Positions 8,852 through 18,470 of a stretch of 64,000 nt of DNA are shown here, in pieces. The stretch spans positions 2,170-66,169 of the forward strand of contig CASFCI010000005.1 of the NCBI GenBank assembly GCA_949293175.1, read 5' to 3'. This stretch comes from an uncultured bacterium (GTDB lineage: Bacteria; Bacillota_I; Bacilli_A; RFN20; CAG-826). The notes below the pieces were generated by a model. That model did not search any database. It worked only from the letters and a program-made list of their open reading frames with translations, and was not told the origin of the DNA. How positions within the stretch are numbered: the stretch's first letter is position 1; the number at the start of each line of letters is the position of its first letter. The translations under genes were made by a program, and so were the position numbers.

Positions 8852-9735
8852 AATCCAAGGGTTTTGGCTATGTGGGCGCTGTAGTCTTTGGCCACGTTGT
8901 ATCCAGTCACTTCCTCTATGCCTTTTATGAAGGCGTTGGAATTGACCTCGCAAAGCACCGGTTCGCCCTGCTCGCCTATTAGCAAGTCCACCCCGCAGTA
9001 ATCGAGTTCCAATAGCTTCGCGGCTTTCTCGGCCATGTCGATGAATGTCTTTGGTATTTCCACCTTCTCGCCTTTTCCACCTCTAGCCACGTTGGAGCGG
9101 AAGTCGTCTTCGTTGACCCGCTTCATGCCGACGCAGAACCTGCCGCCGATGACGATGACTCGGTAATCAACCCCGCAAGAGGAAGATATAAATTTTTGAT
9201 AAAGTCTAGGAATTGCGTGGAATTTGCATTCAAAATCCTGCAGTTCACCATGGTTTTTGATCAGATATACCCCATTTCCCAGCGAGCCGTAGTTTGTTTT
9301 CGCGACCAACGGATAGCCAAGCTCCGTTGCAATGGCGGCAAGGCTTTCCTCGTCCATCGGATTGCCTTTGTAATCCAAGGATGGCGAAATCGTCTTCGGC
9401 ATTTTTATGCCATGGTTGGACAAAGCGACGTAGGTAAGCATCTTGTCGTCGCATAGTGCGATGGAACGGCTGGAATTGAATAGATGGTATCCAGCCCTTT
9501 CCAAGGCGTAGGAGGCGTATTTGTCTTTGTCGAGGTAGAGCACGAAATCGGCTGGCCCCAAAGCGGTGGAAACCGCTCCGTTTTCCTCAATCCTTATCTT
9601 TGCCTCGTTGGCGCTTCTTAGCTCAAGCGATACCCCCAGCGCGGACAGCTCCTCTTTCATTCTTTGATAGAGGTTTGATATCCCGCCATATAGGTGCGTC
9701 GAATTGACTATGCAGATTCCTTTTTTTGTAACCAC
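8848..9735 (-). CDS. RimK-family ATP-grasp ligase
   Basis: CDDKMLT, KTNYGSLGNGV, DYRVIVIG, FRSNVARGG, YCGVDLL, CEVNSN; GTG start at 9735 chosen, TTG at 9741 is the alternative. Confidence 0.88.
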   Translation of the reverse strand: MVTKKGICIVNSTHLYGGISNLYQRMKEELSALGVSLELRSANEAKIRIEENGAVSTALGPADFVLYLDKDKYASYALERAGYHLFNSSRSIALCDDKMLTYVALSNHGIKMPKTISPSLDYKGNPMDEESLAAIATELGYPLVAKTNYGSLGNGVYLIKNHGELQDFECKFHAIPRLYQKFISSSCGVDYRVIVIGGRFCVGMKRVNEDDFRSNVARGGKGEKVEIPKTFIDMAEKAAKLLELDYCGVDLLIGEQGEPVLCEVNSNAFIKGIEEVTGYNVAKDYSAHIAKTLGL

Positions 9736-9810
9736 GGGCAAATTATGGCTACTAACCGGATAAATTAGAATAGAAAACGCTTAATGTCATAAAAGTGTTA
9801 GAATAATGCC

Positions 9811-11919
9811 ATGAGTATCAAAATCATTCCAATCACCGCCTTGCGCGATACGCAGAAGCTAGAGGAGGAGGTCCTTTCATCCGACTCCCCGATCCATATA
9901 ACCAAGAACGGCTATTCCTCGATGGTCATCATGTCCGAGGAAGCTTATTCTGAGGGAAAGCAAGCCAATGGCCAGAACAACGTTTCCTATCCCGGCCAAA
10001 TCGATGCCGACTTAGACGATCCGCTTGGCTTCGTCAGGGTCAAAGCCGCCGCCTTTCCAATCCACCTCGCCAATCCAAAAGGCAACGTCGAGGAGATAAA
10101 GAAGCAGATTGATGAGGCCATCTCCGAGGGCGTCTCGGTCCTTTGCTTCTCCGAGCTTTGCCTGACCGGATATACCGCGGGCGACCTATTCCTGGATTCG
10201 ACTTTGCTAGATGGCGCCCTAACCGGTTTGAAGGGCCTAATCGATTATTCGTCTGACAAGAACATCGCCTTCTGCGTTGGACTGCCGCTTCGACTTGCCC
10301 ATAAGATCTACAACGTCGCGGCGCTTGTTTCTAACGGCAAGCTCGTCGGCATCGTTCCGAAGCGGTCCATACCTACCTATCAGGAATTCTATGAAGGCCG
10401 CTATTTCAAAGGATATGAGGGGGAAAACGGGTATATCGACCTGTTCGGCGAGCGCGTTCCTTTTGGCAACCAGCTGATTTTCTCCCCGTCGTCCTACCCC
10501 AGCCTAAAGATCGGCATCGAGATCTGCGAGGACCTCTGGGTGCCGAATTCCCCATCGCAGGAGCTTTCGCTGTCTGGGGCGAACTTGATATTGAACCTAT
10601 CGGCTTCCAACGAAACGGTTGGCAAGGCGAGTTATCGCCGCGATTTGGTTGGCATGCAGTCGGCCAAGCTCATCGCGGCCTACCTATATTGCGATGCCGG
10701 CGAGGGCGAATCGACCACCGATTGCGTGTATTCAGCCCACAACATCATCGCCGAAAACGGCGCAATACTCAGTGAATCGAAGCCGTTTGCGTTCCATTCG
10801 GCCATCGCCGAGATCGACGTCGATAAGCTCAATGCCGAGAAAAGGAAGACGAACAGCTTCGACGTATCTAGCTGCCCATCGGTATATTTCCCGCTTCGCC
10901 TATCGACCCCGGAAAACATAAAGAGGCATTACGCCAGGAACCCCTTCATCCCGGAGGAGAAGGAAATAAACCTGGACCGCGTCAACGAGGTCATGGACAT
11001 GCAGATCGCCGGGCTGGTCGGCAGGCTTAAGGCCATAAATTGCCACAAGGTCGTGGTGGGGCTTTCCGGCGGATTGGATTCGACGTTGGCCCTTCTTGTC
11101 GCGGTCGAGGCTTTCAAGAAAATCGGCTATAGCCTCTCCGACATCACCGCCATAACCCTGCCTTGCTTTGGAACCTCGAGAAGGACCCATGACAATGCAG
11201 AGGAGCTTTCCAAAGACCTTGGGGTGTCGTTTAAGGAGATAAGCATCGCCAACACCGTCAAAAGCCATCTAACTGATATTGGCCATCCTTTGGATAATCT
11301 CAACGTGGCCTACGAGAACGCCCAGGCCAGGGAAAGGACCCAGGTATTGATGGATGCGGCCAACGACACCGGCGCCTTGATGATCGGCACCGGCGACCTC
11401 AGCGAGCTTTGCCTCGGCTGGTGCACCTATGGCGGCGACCACATGTCGATGTATGGCGTCAACGCCTCGATACCCAAGACGCTGGTCCGCTACCTATGCC
11501 ATGGCTACGCGATCATGCACCCTGAGGCATCAAAGCCCTTATTGGACATAATCAACACCCCGATCTCGCCTGAGCTTCTCCCGACCAAAAACGGCGAGAT
11601 CGCCCAGAAGACCGAGGATACCATCGGGCCATATGAGCTCCATGATTTCTTCATCTACCACTTCCTGCGGTTCCGCTTCTCTCCCAAGAAGCTCTTCTTC
11701 ATCGCCTGCCTCGCCTACGATGGCATTTACGACAAGGCGACGATAAAGAAATGGCTCCGCAGCTTCTTCAACCGTTTCTTCCATAATCAGTTCAAGCGCA
11801 GCTGCCTGCCGGACGGGCCGAAGGTCGGCTCGGTCGCCATTTCCCCCCGCGGCGATTGGCGGATGCCGTCGGACGCCGACGTTTCCTACTATCTAAAACA
11901 GGTTGATGGGTTAGAATAG
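9811..11919 (+). CDS. nadE: Glutamine-dependent NAD+ synthetase with N-terminal Phd/YefM-type antitoxin domain
   Basis: Nitrilase triad motifs FSEL, VPK, ICEDLW; SGGLDST; ENAQARER; N-terminal IIPITALRD...PIHITKNGYSSMVIMSEEAY. Confidence 0.95.
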   Translation: MSIKIIPITALRDTQKLEEEVLSSDSPIHITKNGYSSMVIMSEEAYSEGKQANGQNNVSYPGQIDADLDDPLGFVRVKAAAFPIHLANPKGNVEEIKKQIDEAISEGVSVLCFSELCLTGYTAGDLFLDSTLLDGALTGLKGLIDYSSDKNIAFCVGLPLRLAHKIYNVAALVSNGKLVGIVPKRSIPTYQEFYEGRYFKGYEGENGYIDLFGERVPFGNQLIFSPSSYPSLKIGIEICEDLWVPNSPSQELSLSGANLILNLSASNETVGKASYRRDLVGMQSAKLIAAYLYCDAGEGESTTDCVYSAHNIIAENGAILSESKPFAFHSAIAEIDVDKLNAEKRKTNSFDVSSCPSVYFPLRLSTPENIKRHYARNPFIPEEKEINLDRVNEVMDMQIAGLVGRLKAINCHKVVVGLSGGLDSTLALLVAVEAFKKIGYSLSDITAITLPCFGTSRRTHDNAEELSKDLGVSFKEISIANTVKSHLTDIGHPLDNLNVAYENAQARERTQVLMDAANDTGALMIGTGDLSELCLGWCTYGGDHMSMYGVNASIPKTLVRYLCHGYAIMHPEASKPLLDIINTPISPELLPTKNGEIAQKTEDTIGPYELHDFFIYHFLRFRFSPKKLFFIACLAYDGIYDKATIKKWLRSFFNRFFHNQFKRSCLPDGPKVGSVAISPRGDWRMPSDADVSYYLKQVDGLE

Positions 11920-11937
11920 GGCCGAGGAGATAAATTC

Positions 11938-12177
11938 ATGGCGGACAAAAACACCAAGGTTTACCACATTTCCAAAAGGGCCAGCGATGGGAAGTGGGCC
12001 ATCAAGTTTGCCGGCGGCGAGAAAGCGATCAAGCTTTTCGATACCAAGCAGGAAGCAATGGCCTACGGCGACAGTCTGGCCGGAAACCAAAACGGAATCG
12101 TCCTGGTCCACGCCTCCAAGGGTGCCAAGGCCGGGAAGATACAGAAACAGAAAAGCGCCGGGAAGAACATAAAGTGA
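11938..12177 (+). CDS. Small DUF2188-family protein
   Basis: YHISKR...KWAIKFAGGEKAIKLFDTKQEAMAYG...VLVH pattern; GAGGAG SD. Confidence 0.8.
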   Translation: MADKNTKVYHISKRASDGKWAIKFAGGEKAIKLFDTKQEAMAYGDSLAGNQNGIVLVHASKGAKAGKIQKQKSAGKNIK

Positions 12178-12716
12178 GCAGGGGAAATAACTCGCTTCGG
12201 CTAGACCGGGCGTTTTGGCTCGAACTCATAAGGTTCCTGCTGGTCGGGGTCTATGGGACCCTCATCGATTATGTCGTCGAGGTCTGGGCGACCTCGATCT
12301 TCGCCTCCTGGATCGGGGCGACCGAAAACTACATCGCCGCCTTCTTCATCCAGTTTTTGATAATCATAATCGGCTTTATCGTCGCCACCCCATCCACCTG
12401 GTCGCTTTCGGCCATCTGGGCTTTCAAGGATACCGCCACCCAGGAGTCAAAGAGCCTTCGGGGCGCGGCTAAGTTCACCGGTTTCGCCTTCCTAGGCTTG
12501 CTAGGCGGGGCCATCATCCAGTTCCTTGGCTACATGATCTGCCTCAAATGGTCGGGATGGGGTATAAACATCCTTGACATCGACTTTTCAACTTTGTTTG
12601 GCGAAGACATCAAGGTTTTCGCCTCCTACACCGTCGTGTTCGTGCTGAAAACCGCGTTCACGACCATATTCAATTACGTAACGAGAAAATTTATCCTCTA
12701 TCGGAAGGCGAATTAG
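12174..12716 (+). CDS. GtrA-family membrane protein
   Basis: ELIRFLLVGVYGTLIDY...FNYVTRKFILY; the GTG start overlaps the upstream TGA. Confidence 0.8.
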   Translation: MSRGNNSLRLDRAFWLELIRFLLVGVYGTLIDYVVEVWATSIFASWIGATENYIAAFFIQFLIIIIGFIVATPSTWSLSAIWAFKDTATQESKSLRGAAKFTGFAFLGLLGGAIIQFLGYMICLKWSGWGINILDIDFSTLFGEDIKVFASYTVVFVLKTAFTTIFNYVTRKFILYRKAN

Positions 12717-13198
12717 TCGACGTAGATGAAATCCACCTGCGAGAAGTGGCGCTTGCATTCCTCGGATGGGTCATCGTAATGGCTTGCCATGTCGAGGATT
12801 ATGTTTTCCGGTACCCATTTGTCCTTCGGTCTCTTTTTGTTGCGGATTAGGCACTGCTTGTAATCGTGGAGCTTTAGCAGCACCAGCCAGTAAACGTCGA
12901 AGTTTGGCAGGTGGCGGCGGAAATAAAGCCGTCTCTCATCGAAAAGCATCGTGGTATCGAATATGACGGTGACGTTCTCCTGCTCGCAAAGGACGTTTGC
13001 CTGCCTGACCATCTCTTCGTAGATGATCATCATGTTATGTCCTGGCGGGAATTGGTCGTAGCCGCCATACATTTCTTTCCTGACCTCGTCGGCCGCGATG
13101 ACGTGGACATCCTCTTCCGGATGCTCAAGCCGATATTTGTTTGAGAACGTCGACTTTCCGATGGCCGCGGGCCCGCAGACGAGAATTAGTTTTTTCAC
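12713..13198 (-). CDS. AAA_33/PNK-like P-loop kinase
   Basis: GPAAIGKST, DEVRKEM, IFDTT, CLIRNKKR...VPE. Confidence 0.8.
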   Translation of the reverse strand: MKKLILVCGPAAIGKSTFSNKYRLEHPEEDVHVIAADEVRKEMYGGYDQFPPGHNMMIIYEEMVRQANVLCEQENVTVIFDTTMLFDERRLYFRRHLPNFDVYWLVLLKLHDYKQCLIRNKKRPKDKWVPENIILDMASHYDDPSEECKRHFSQVDFIYVD

Positions 13199-13305
13199 GA
13201 CCGAATTTTAATTAAATATCGATTCGGATTGTATAGCCATTTTCGTTTTTCTTATAGAATACGTTTACTTTTTGACGATCGATCCGGCCATCGGAAGCGC
13301 CTCAG

Positions 13306-13333
13306 TTGCAAAAAAGTTTAGTTATCTTACAAT
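13306..13333 (+). promoter_or_regulatory. Promoter of the DtxR/MntR regulator, possibly overlapped by its own operator
   Basis: TTGCAA-16 nt-TACAAT; the spacer AAAAGTTTAGTTATCTTAC loosely resembles DtxR-family TTAG-N-CTAA boxes. Confidence 0.45.
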
Positions 13334-13341
13334 AAGGATAT

Positions 13342-13719
13342 ATGGAACATTACACTAAAGCCCAAGAGGATTTCGTCGAAGCCCTGCTGATGCTTGAGGA
13401 AAGCAAGCAGCCTTTGGAGACCACCAAGGTTGCCAACCTTCTCCATGTCTCTAAGCCAGCGGTTCATCAAATGGGCCACGAGCTTATAAACAAGGGGCTG
13501 ATAACCAGAATCGATTACGGGGATATGGCATTGACCGCCAAAGGGCGTGAGTTGGCCGAGAAGGTCTTTAACCGCCACAAATCGATCAAAGCCTATCTGA
13601 TGGCGATCGGCGTCGAGGAAAAAACGGCTGAGCACGATTGCTGCCTCATAGAGCATTGCCTGTCGGATGAGACTTTCCAGGCATTGGTCAAAGAGTTGGA
13701 AATCAAAAAAGCCGCTTAA
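13342..13719 (+). CDS. DtxR/MntR-family metal-dependent transcriptional regulator
   Basis: QEDFVEA, VSKPAV, LTAKG, RH, AEHDCCLIEHCLS. Confidence 0.88.
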   Translation: MEHYTKAQEDFVEALLMLEESKQPLETTKVANLLHVSKPAVHQMGHELINKGLITRIDYGDMALTAKGRELAEKVFNRHKSIKAYLMAIGVEEKTAEHDCCLIEHCLSDETFQALVKELEIKKAA

Positions 13720-14228
13720 CGGTTAAGCGACTGATAATAGGCAACCGCATATCCGCGGCTGCCTTTTTCTTTGGCGTCGTATATGTCGCCGGCTAATCCA
13801 TAGGCGAGCATAGCATTGGGGTCCTCGTCTAGCAGCGGGGCGACGAGCAGCGATTTTATGACCTGCAGCTTCTTGGCGATGTCGAATTCCTTGCGATAGG
13901 GGTTGATGGCCAGGAACGCATCGGCGAGAAGCAGGCTGCAATCCTCTATCGGCATAACTAGGTCCGAGTTTCCTTCGACGAACGTTTCGCCGTTGATGAT
14001 CGAGCGGTACTCGTTTTTCGACGGGGCGGATAGGCTTATCAGGCTATCGAGGAAAACCTTTTCCTTCTCGCCATATTCGTCTTGGCTCAGCGATTTGCTA
14101 AGCTCTTCCTTCAATAGCGAGCAGGCGATCATATACGCCGCCTCCCCTTTTTGGCCGAGGGCCTCAATGTAGGCTTGCTTCAGGCCGGCAAGCAATTCAG
14201 ACAGGCTTGGGAAAGGTTCCTTGCTCAT
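13716..14228 (-). CDS. Hypothetical protein
   Basis: ORF fills the gap between neighbours; the ATG at 14228 is 8 nt after TTGATA-17-TATACT. Confidence 0.6.
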   Translation of the reverse strand: MSKEPFPSLSELLAGLKQAYIEALGQKGEAAYMIACSLLKEELSKSLSQDEYGEKEKVFLDSLISLSAPSKNEYRSIINGETFVEGNSDLVMPIEDCSLLLADAFLAINPYRKEFDIAKKLQVIKSLLVAPLLDEDPNAMLAYGLAGDIYDAKEKGSRGYAVAYYQSLNR

Positions 14229-14305
14229 GCAGGGAAAGTATATGGTCAATAGAACGGTTTATCAATCTGCTGAAAGCAGTTTCTCGTGTGCTAAACTATA
14301 AAATC

Positions 14306-15466
14306 ATGAAATCGGGCAAGAGGGTTGGCATCATCGGCGGTAGCTCATCTGCGGCCTACCTTGCGCTTATGCTGGATGGGGCGGACGTGACCATCATCGA
14401 GAAGGAGGCCACCCCGCTTCGGAAGTTCAACGCCACCGGAAACGGGCGCTGCAACCTAACCAATCGGAAGATGTCCGGGCGCTATTACAACCACCCAGAG
14501 TATCTTGACGGTTTGCAGGTGCAAGAATGCCCTCAAAAAATTATCGATTTCTTCTCCCAATATGGGATTGTCACCACGGATATCGATGGTCTGATTTACC
14601 CAGCTTCGCTATCCGCTCCGACGCTAGGGAAGCGCCTTGTGGAGATAATCCGTTCCAAAGGGGTGAGGATTGTCGCTTCCACCAAAGCCCTTTCCTATCG
14701 CCTTGCCAATAATTGCTACGAGGTTAAGACGGATCAGGGAACCATGTCATTCGATTGCTTGGTTTTCGCGATAGGCGGCATGAGCCAGCATCGTCTAGGA
14801 TCCGACGGCTCTTTGTTCGGCTGCCTGCAAACCCATGGCTACCAAATCGAGCAGCTTCGCCCCGGGCTAGCCCCGATAAAGACAAAGCAGAAGCTGCAGG
14901 ACCTCAAGGGGTGCCGGCATAAGGCGCTGGTAAGATGCGCTCTCCAAAACGGACGGTCTTTCGAGGAGGAAGGCGAGGTGCTTTTCAAAGGCGATGGCCT
15001 ATCCGGCATCGTCATCTTCAACCTCTCCTCTTTCCTAGCTAGGAGAAACGCTTCCGAAGCCAACATTTCGTTAGACCTTTTCCCGGGGCTTGGCGAAGCC
15101 GAATTGGCCAAATTGCTAAATGATTCATACAAGGCCGCGAAAAACGGCTTCTTGAAGGGGATATTGGAAGAAAAGCTCGCAATGCATATCGAAAAGCAGG
15201 CAAAACCCAAATCGATATCCGAAATTTGCGGGATTTTGAAGGACTTCCGCTTCGAATTTGCCGGATATTACGGCTTTGATGACTCGCAGGTAAGCATCGG
15301 CGGGGTGAAGCTAGACCAGCTATCATCCAATCTCGAATCGAAGAAGGAACCCGGCGTCTATTTCGCGGGCGAGTGCCTAGACGTCGATGGGTATTGCGGA
15401 GGATATAACCTAACCTGGTGCTTCCTTAGCGCACGGAAAGTGGCGGAAAGGATTAATTCCCTATGA
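14306..15466 (+). CDS. HI0933/BaiN-family flavoprotein
   Basis: KFNATGNGRCNLTN, GSDGS, GEVLF..GLSGIVIF, QVSIGGV, YFAGECLDVDGYCGGYNL. Confidence 0.88.
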   Translation: MKSGKRVGIIGGSSSAAYLALMLDGADVTIIEKEATPLRKFNATGNGRCNLTNRKMSGRYYNHPEYLDGLQVQECPQKIIDFFSQYGIVTTDIDGLIYPASLSAPTLGKRLVEIIRSKGVRIVASTKALSYRLANNCYEVKTDQGTMSFDCLVFAIGGMSQHRLGSDGSLFGCLQTHGYQIEQLRPGLAPIKTKQKLQDLKGCRHKALVRCALQNGRSFEEEGEVLFKGDGLSGIVIFNLSSFLARRNASEANISLDLFPGLGEAELAKLLNDSYKAAKNGFLKGILEEKLAMHIEKQAKPKSISEICGILKDFRFEFAGYYGFDDSQVSIGGVKLDQLSSNLESKKEPGVYFAGECLDVDGYCGGYNLTWCFLSARKVAERINSL

Positions 15467-16938
15467 GGTATTTCGTCAGGGATTTATTGATACGCTCGCT
15501 TTCCCCGGAAGCGCTGATTAACCAATTGGCCGAAAGGCTTGGGATCAGCAAGAACTCCTTCCGCTTCCAGATGCTGACGGCTGAGTGCGAGTTCGTAAAC
15601 GGGATATTGGAGTACTTCGCCGACTTCGCGGTCGATACCAGCGAGTTCATCCGCGACACGACGGTCAGCTTCTCCGACGATTCAATCGAGCCCGAGATCC
15701 CTTCCAGGAACGCAAAAGGCAATGTGGTGGTAATCGGCGACGAATTGCCTGGGCTCTATGCCGCGCTTCTTTTGGCCAAAGCCGGAGCCAAACCCATAAT
15801 CATCTCCCGCTCCAAAGGGATTGGCGAATCGATAGACGCTTCCAAGAAGTTCGGGGAGAAGGAACGGCAGGGTAAGCAAAGCGATGTTCTTTTCGGCGGC
15901 GAACTGCTTAGGCAAGGCGGCTTCGTCGATAGGAAAAGCAAAAGCCGTTATGGCAAGTTCGTGGCCGACGACATCCTTTCTCGAATTGGCAAGCCGAATT
16001 CATTCTCCCGTTATAACTTCATCAATAAGCACGATGCCGCGGTGTTGCTGCTTAGCCTAAGCAAAGAGATACTCGATAACGGGGGCAGCATCCTTTTCGA
16101 CTGCTCTTCCGTGAAGCTCAAAACCTTCCTTGGCAAAGCGAAGATGGTGGATTTCACCCAAAGCGGCAAAGCTATGTCCATCAAAACCGATTCCGTCTTG
16201 GCTTGCTCAAGGCTTCCGATATTGGGTACCCCATCCCAGTCGGGGTATTTCCAGCTATTCGTCTACTCGCGGATGAGGGACGTCGATTCTAGGCTATACC
16301 GAGGATCTAGGCTTAAGGATCCGCGTTATTTTGCCTGCCATGACCTTCCATGTGGGGCGGTGGCCTATGAGCCGTTTCCGTTTGCCGGCTCCCTCCCTAT
16401 AATCGGGGAAAGCAAATCCATCTATTCCTGCTTCAGTCTTCTTGGCGAATCGGTCCTTGGATACTACGGGATCCCTCTATATCTCAAGATCCCCGATTCG
16501 GTTGGGCATCGGTTTGCCCAAATAAAGCAGGAAGTGGGGCAGAGCAGCTATCGGGAATCGATGCCCGGCTCCTTGCCTTGCAGCCTTTACGCGGATTTCA
16601 TGCAGGGCAGCCCTTCCTATAACCTTGGTTTGGTGAGAGGCGATTGCCCGACCGGATTCCATTTGGCCGACATGCCAAAGCTTTTTCCTTCTGGATTCGC
16701 GCTGGCAAAGCGAGCCCTAGCCGAACTGAAGGAGAAGGCGCCTTATGCCATTGCCGACGGCAGTTTGGTGGTTGGTTACGGGTTTGCCGACGATGTTCCG
16801 GACTGCCTAATTTCCGATGAGCGCGGTCGGACCAGCACCAAAGGTCTTTCCTCGTGCGCCTGCTCGCCAACCGAAGACCTCGATTTGGCCAAAACATGCA
16901 GCAAGGGCATATTATCGGCTTACAGCGCCCTCCTTTAA
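15463..16938 (+). CDS. Degenerate FAD-dependent oxidoreductase homolog, of the kind often paired with HI0933 genes
   Basis: VVVIGDELPGLYAALLLAKAGAKPII Rossmann remnant, DVLFGG, GRTSTKGL; ATGA overlap with the upstream gene. Confidence 0.65.
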   Translation: MRYFVRDLLIRSLSPEALINQLAERLGISKNSFRFQMLTAECEFVNGILEYFADFAVDTSEFIRDTTVSFSDDSIEPEIPSRNAKGNVVVIGDELPGLYAALLLAKAGAKPIIISRSKGIGESIDASKKFGEKERQGKQSDVLFGGELLRQGGFVDRKSKSRYGKFVADDILSRIGKPNSFSRYNFINKHDAAVLLLSLSKEILDNGGSILFDCSSVKLKTFLGKAKMVDFTQSGKAMSIKTDSVLACSRLPILGTPSQSGYFQLFVYSRMRDVDSRLYRGSRLKDPRYFACHDLPCGAVAYEPFPFAGSLPIIGESKSIYSCFSLLGESVLGYYGIPLYLKIPDSVGHRFAQIKQEVGQSSYRESMPGSLPCSLYADFMQGSPSYNLGLVRGDCPTGFHLADMPKLFPSGFALAKRALAELKEKAPYAIADGSLVVGYGFADDVPDCLISDERGRTSTKGLSSCACSPTEDLDLAKTCSKGILSAYSALL

Positions 16939-16950
16939 GGGAAAATCGCG

Positions 16951-16979
16951 TTGACTATCTTTTAAAGATAGACTTTAAT
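16951..16979 (+). promoter_or_regulatory. Promoter with internal palindrome (candidate operator)
   Basis: TTGACT-17-TTTAAT; perfect inverted repeat CTATCTTT-t-AAAGATAG at 16955-16971. Confidence 0.5.
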
Positions 16980-17029
16980 TAGTATCGGCACTTTTCTAGC
17001 GCTCTAGAAACTCTGCTTGAGGAAATCAC

Positions 17030-18007
17030 ATGAACAATTCGAAATCATTTAGGAACTACTCGACGGCCAAATACGTCAACCTGGCCATCTACCTGGTTCT
17101 ATTCGCCGGCTTTGCCGCGCTTGCCATCTATTTTGGCTTCCTCGTGAGCCCCTATCTATGGGTCGGCTCGGCCCCGATAGATCTGCCGGAGATATCGACA
17201 GCCCTCTCGGTGATGCTCGGAGCCCTTGGGCTAGCCGGGGCATTCATCTCCGTCTACGGTCTTGTGAATTCCGTCTTGGCCATCGTCAAGAACAACGACG
17301 ACCACGTCATAAAATCGTTCGCCGGCTACATCGCGATCGGATATGTGGTCTGCATCTCGCTACTTCTTAACGCCGTCTGGCTGTATCGCCTTACCTCGAC
17401 CAACATCGGGTATAGCGAGATCGCCTTCGTCATCGTCGTCTACGTCATCGCCTTGATAATCGCCTTGATCGCCACCAACGTACCGCTGGTTAAGCTGTTT
17501 GGCGAGGACGAGCAAACCAACCGGACCATGAAGGTCTTGGTCGGATCGCTTGGCGCGGTCGACCTAAGCGTCGGCATCGTCTTCCTTGCCTGCGCCTTGG
17601 CCTTCATCAGCCGCCTTGGCGAGGTCGCCAATTCCTATCTCATCCTCACCAAGTTCTGCGTCTATGCCGCGATTCCGCTTATCGCCTTCGTCCTATTCGC
17701 CATCGCCTATGCTCTGATTGGCAAGGCCGAGAAAAAAGGCGTTGAGGATAAGGCCGGCAAAGGGCTGTTCGTTGCCTCCCTCGCCATCAATGGCGGAGCC
17801 ATCATCGTCTGCGGCGTCTTCGCGCATGTATTCCACGAGAAGAAGATTTCGTTCTTGACTCAGGGCATTCAGGGAACCGACCCCACATATCTGGAATTCG
17901 CCGTCGTCTCCTACATACTCGGCATCATAATCGTCTTGGCCGCGGTCGGACTTGTCCTATACACCGTCTTCGGTAAGAAAAAGAAGCCAATCACGACCCT
18001 TCGCTAA
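17030..18007 (+). CDS. Hypothetical polytopic membrane protein (about 8 TM segments)
   Basis: 325 aa hydrophobic ORF, GAGG SD, host-like codon usage. Confidence 0.75.
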   Translation: MNNSKSFRNYSTAKYVNLAIYLVLFAGFAALAIYFGFLVSPYLWVGSAPIDLPEISTALSVMLGALGLAGAFISVYGLVNSVLAIVKNNDDHVIKSFAGYIAIGYVVCISLLLNAVWLYRLTSTNIGYSEIAFVIVVYVIALIIALIATNVPLVKLFGEDEQTNRTMKVLVGSLGAVDLSVGIVFLACALAFISRLGEVANSYLILTKFCVYAAIPLIAFVLFAIAYALIGKAEKKGVEDKAGKGLFVASLAINGGAIIVCGVFAHVFHEKKISFLTQGIQGTDPTYLEFAVVSYILGIIIVLAAVGLVLYTVFGKKKKPITTLR

Positions 18008-18030
18008 CTAAGCGATTGCAGGTAAGCATT

Positions 18031-18056
18031 AAAGCCTCCAAGCGGAGGCTTTTTTC
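18031..18056 (+). terminator. Intrinsic terminator
   Basis: AAAGCCTCC-aagc-GGAGGCTTT followed by a T-run. Confidence 0.8.
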
Positions 18057-18470
18057 GTGGCAGAAATTCGTTATCTTTAGCGAAAACAGACTTTTCTATT
18101 TTGCGTTTTCTTAATTAATCGGATCGTCTTTTGCGGTGGTTCAGATGTTATCTTGCGGTACATTGTCATTTGCTATTTAGGCGCAATTTATTGGCTGAAT
18201 GAGCCATCGGGCAGGGAGGCGGGTGCGCTCTTGGCGCTTGGCAAAGCGAACCTGGGGTTTCAAAACCTTTGTGTTGATAGGTCGCGATTTTAAATGCCAA
18301 CCGGATGTTTGCCCTCTAGCACTGCCTTCTAGCGATGCGTAATCATTTGGAGATTAGTGTTAGGTGCCCCGCTGAATGTGCTGGTGGCCTTTTGAGACGC
18401 TTTAAGGCATTAGGCGGTAGATTGCTCAATCTCAATCAGTTTCGCGTTCAGGAAGGCCTGCTTTATTTAT

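Noticed and set aside
9781-9801. NrtR-like box upstream of nadE (TTAATGTCATAAA...)
   Set aside because: Only the left half fits; the GT-N7-AC symmetry is absent
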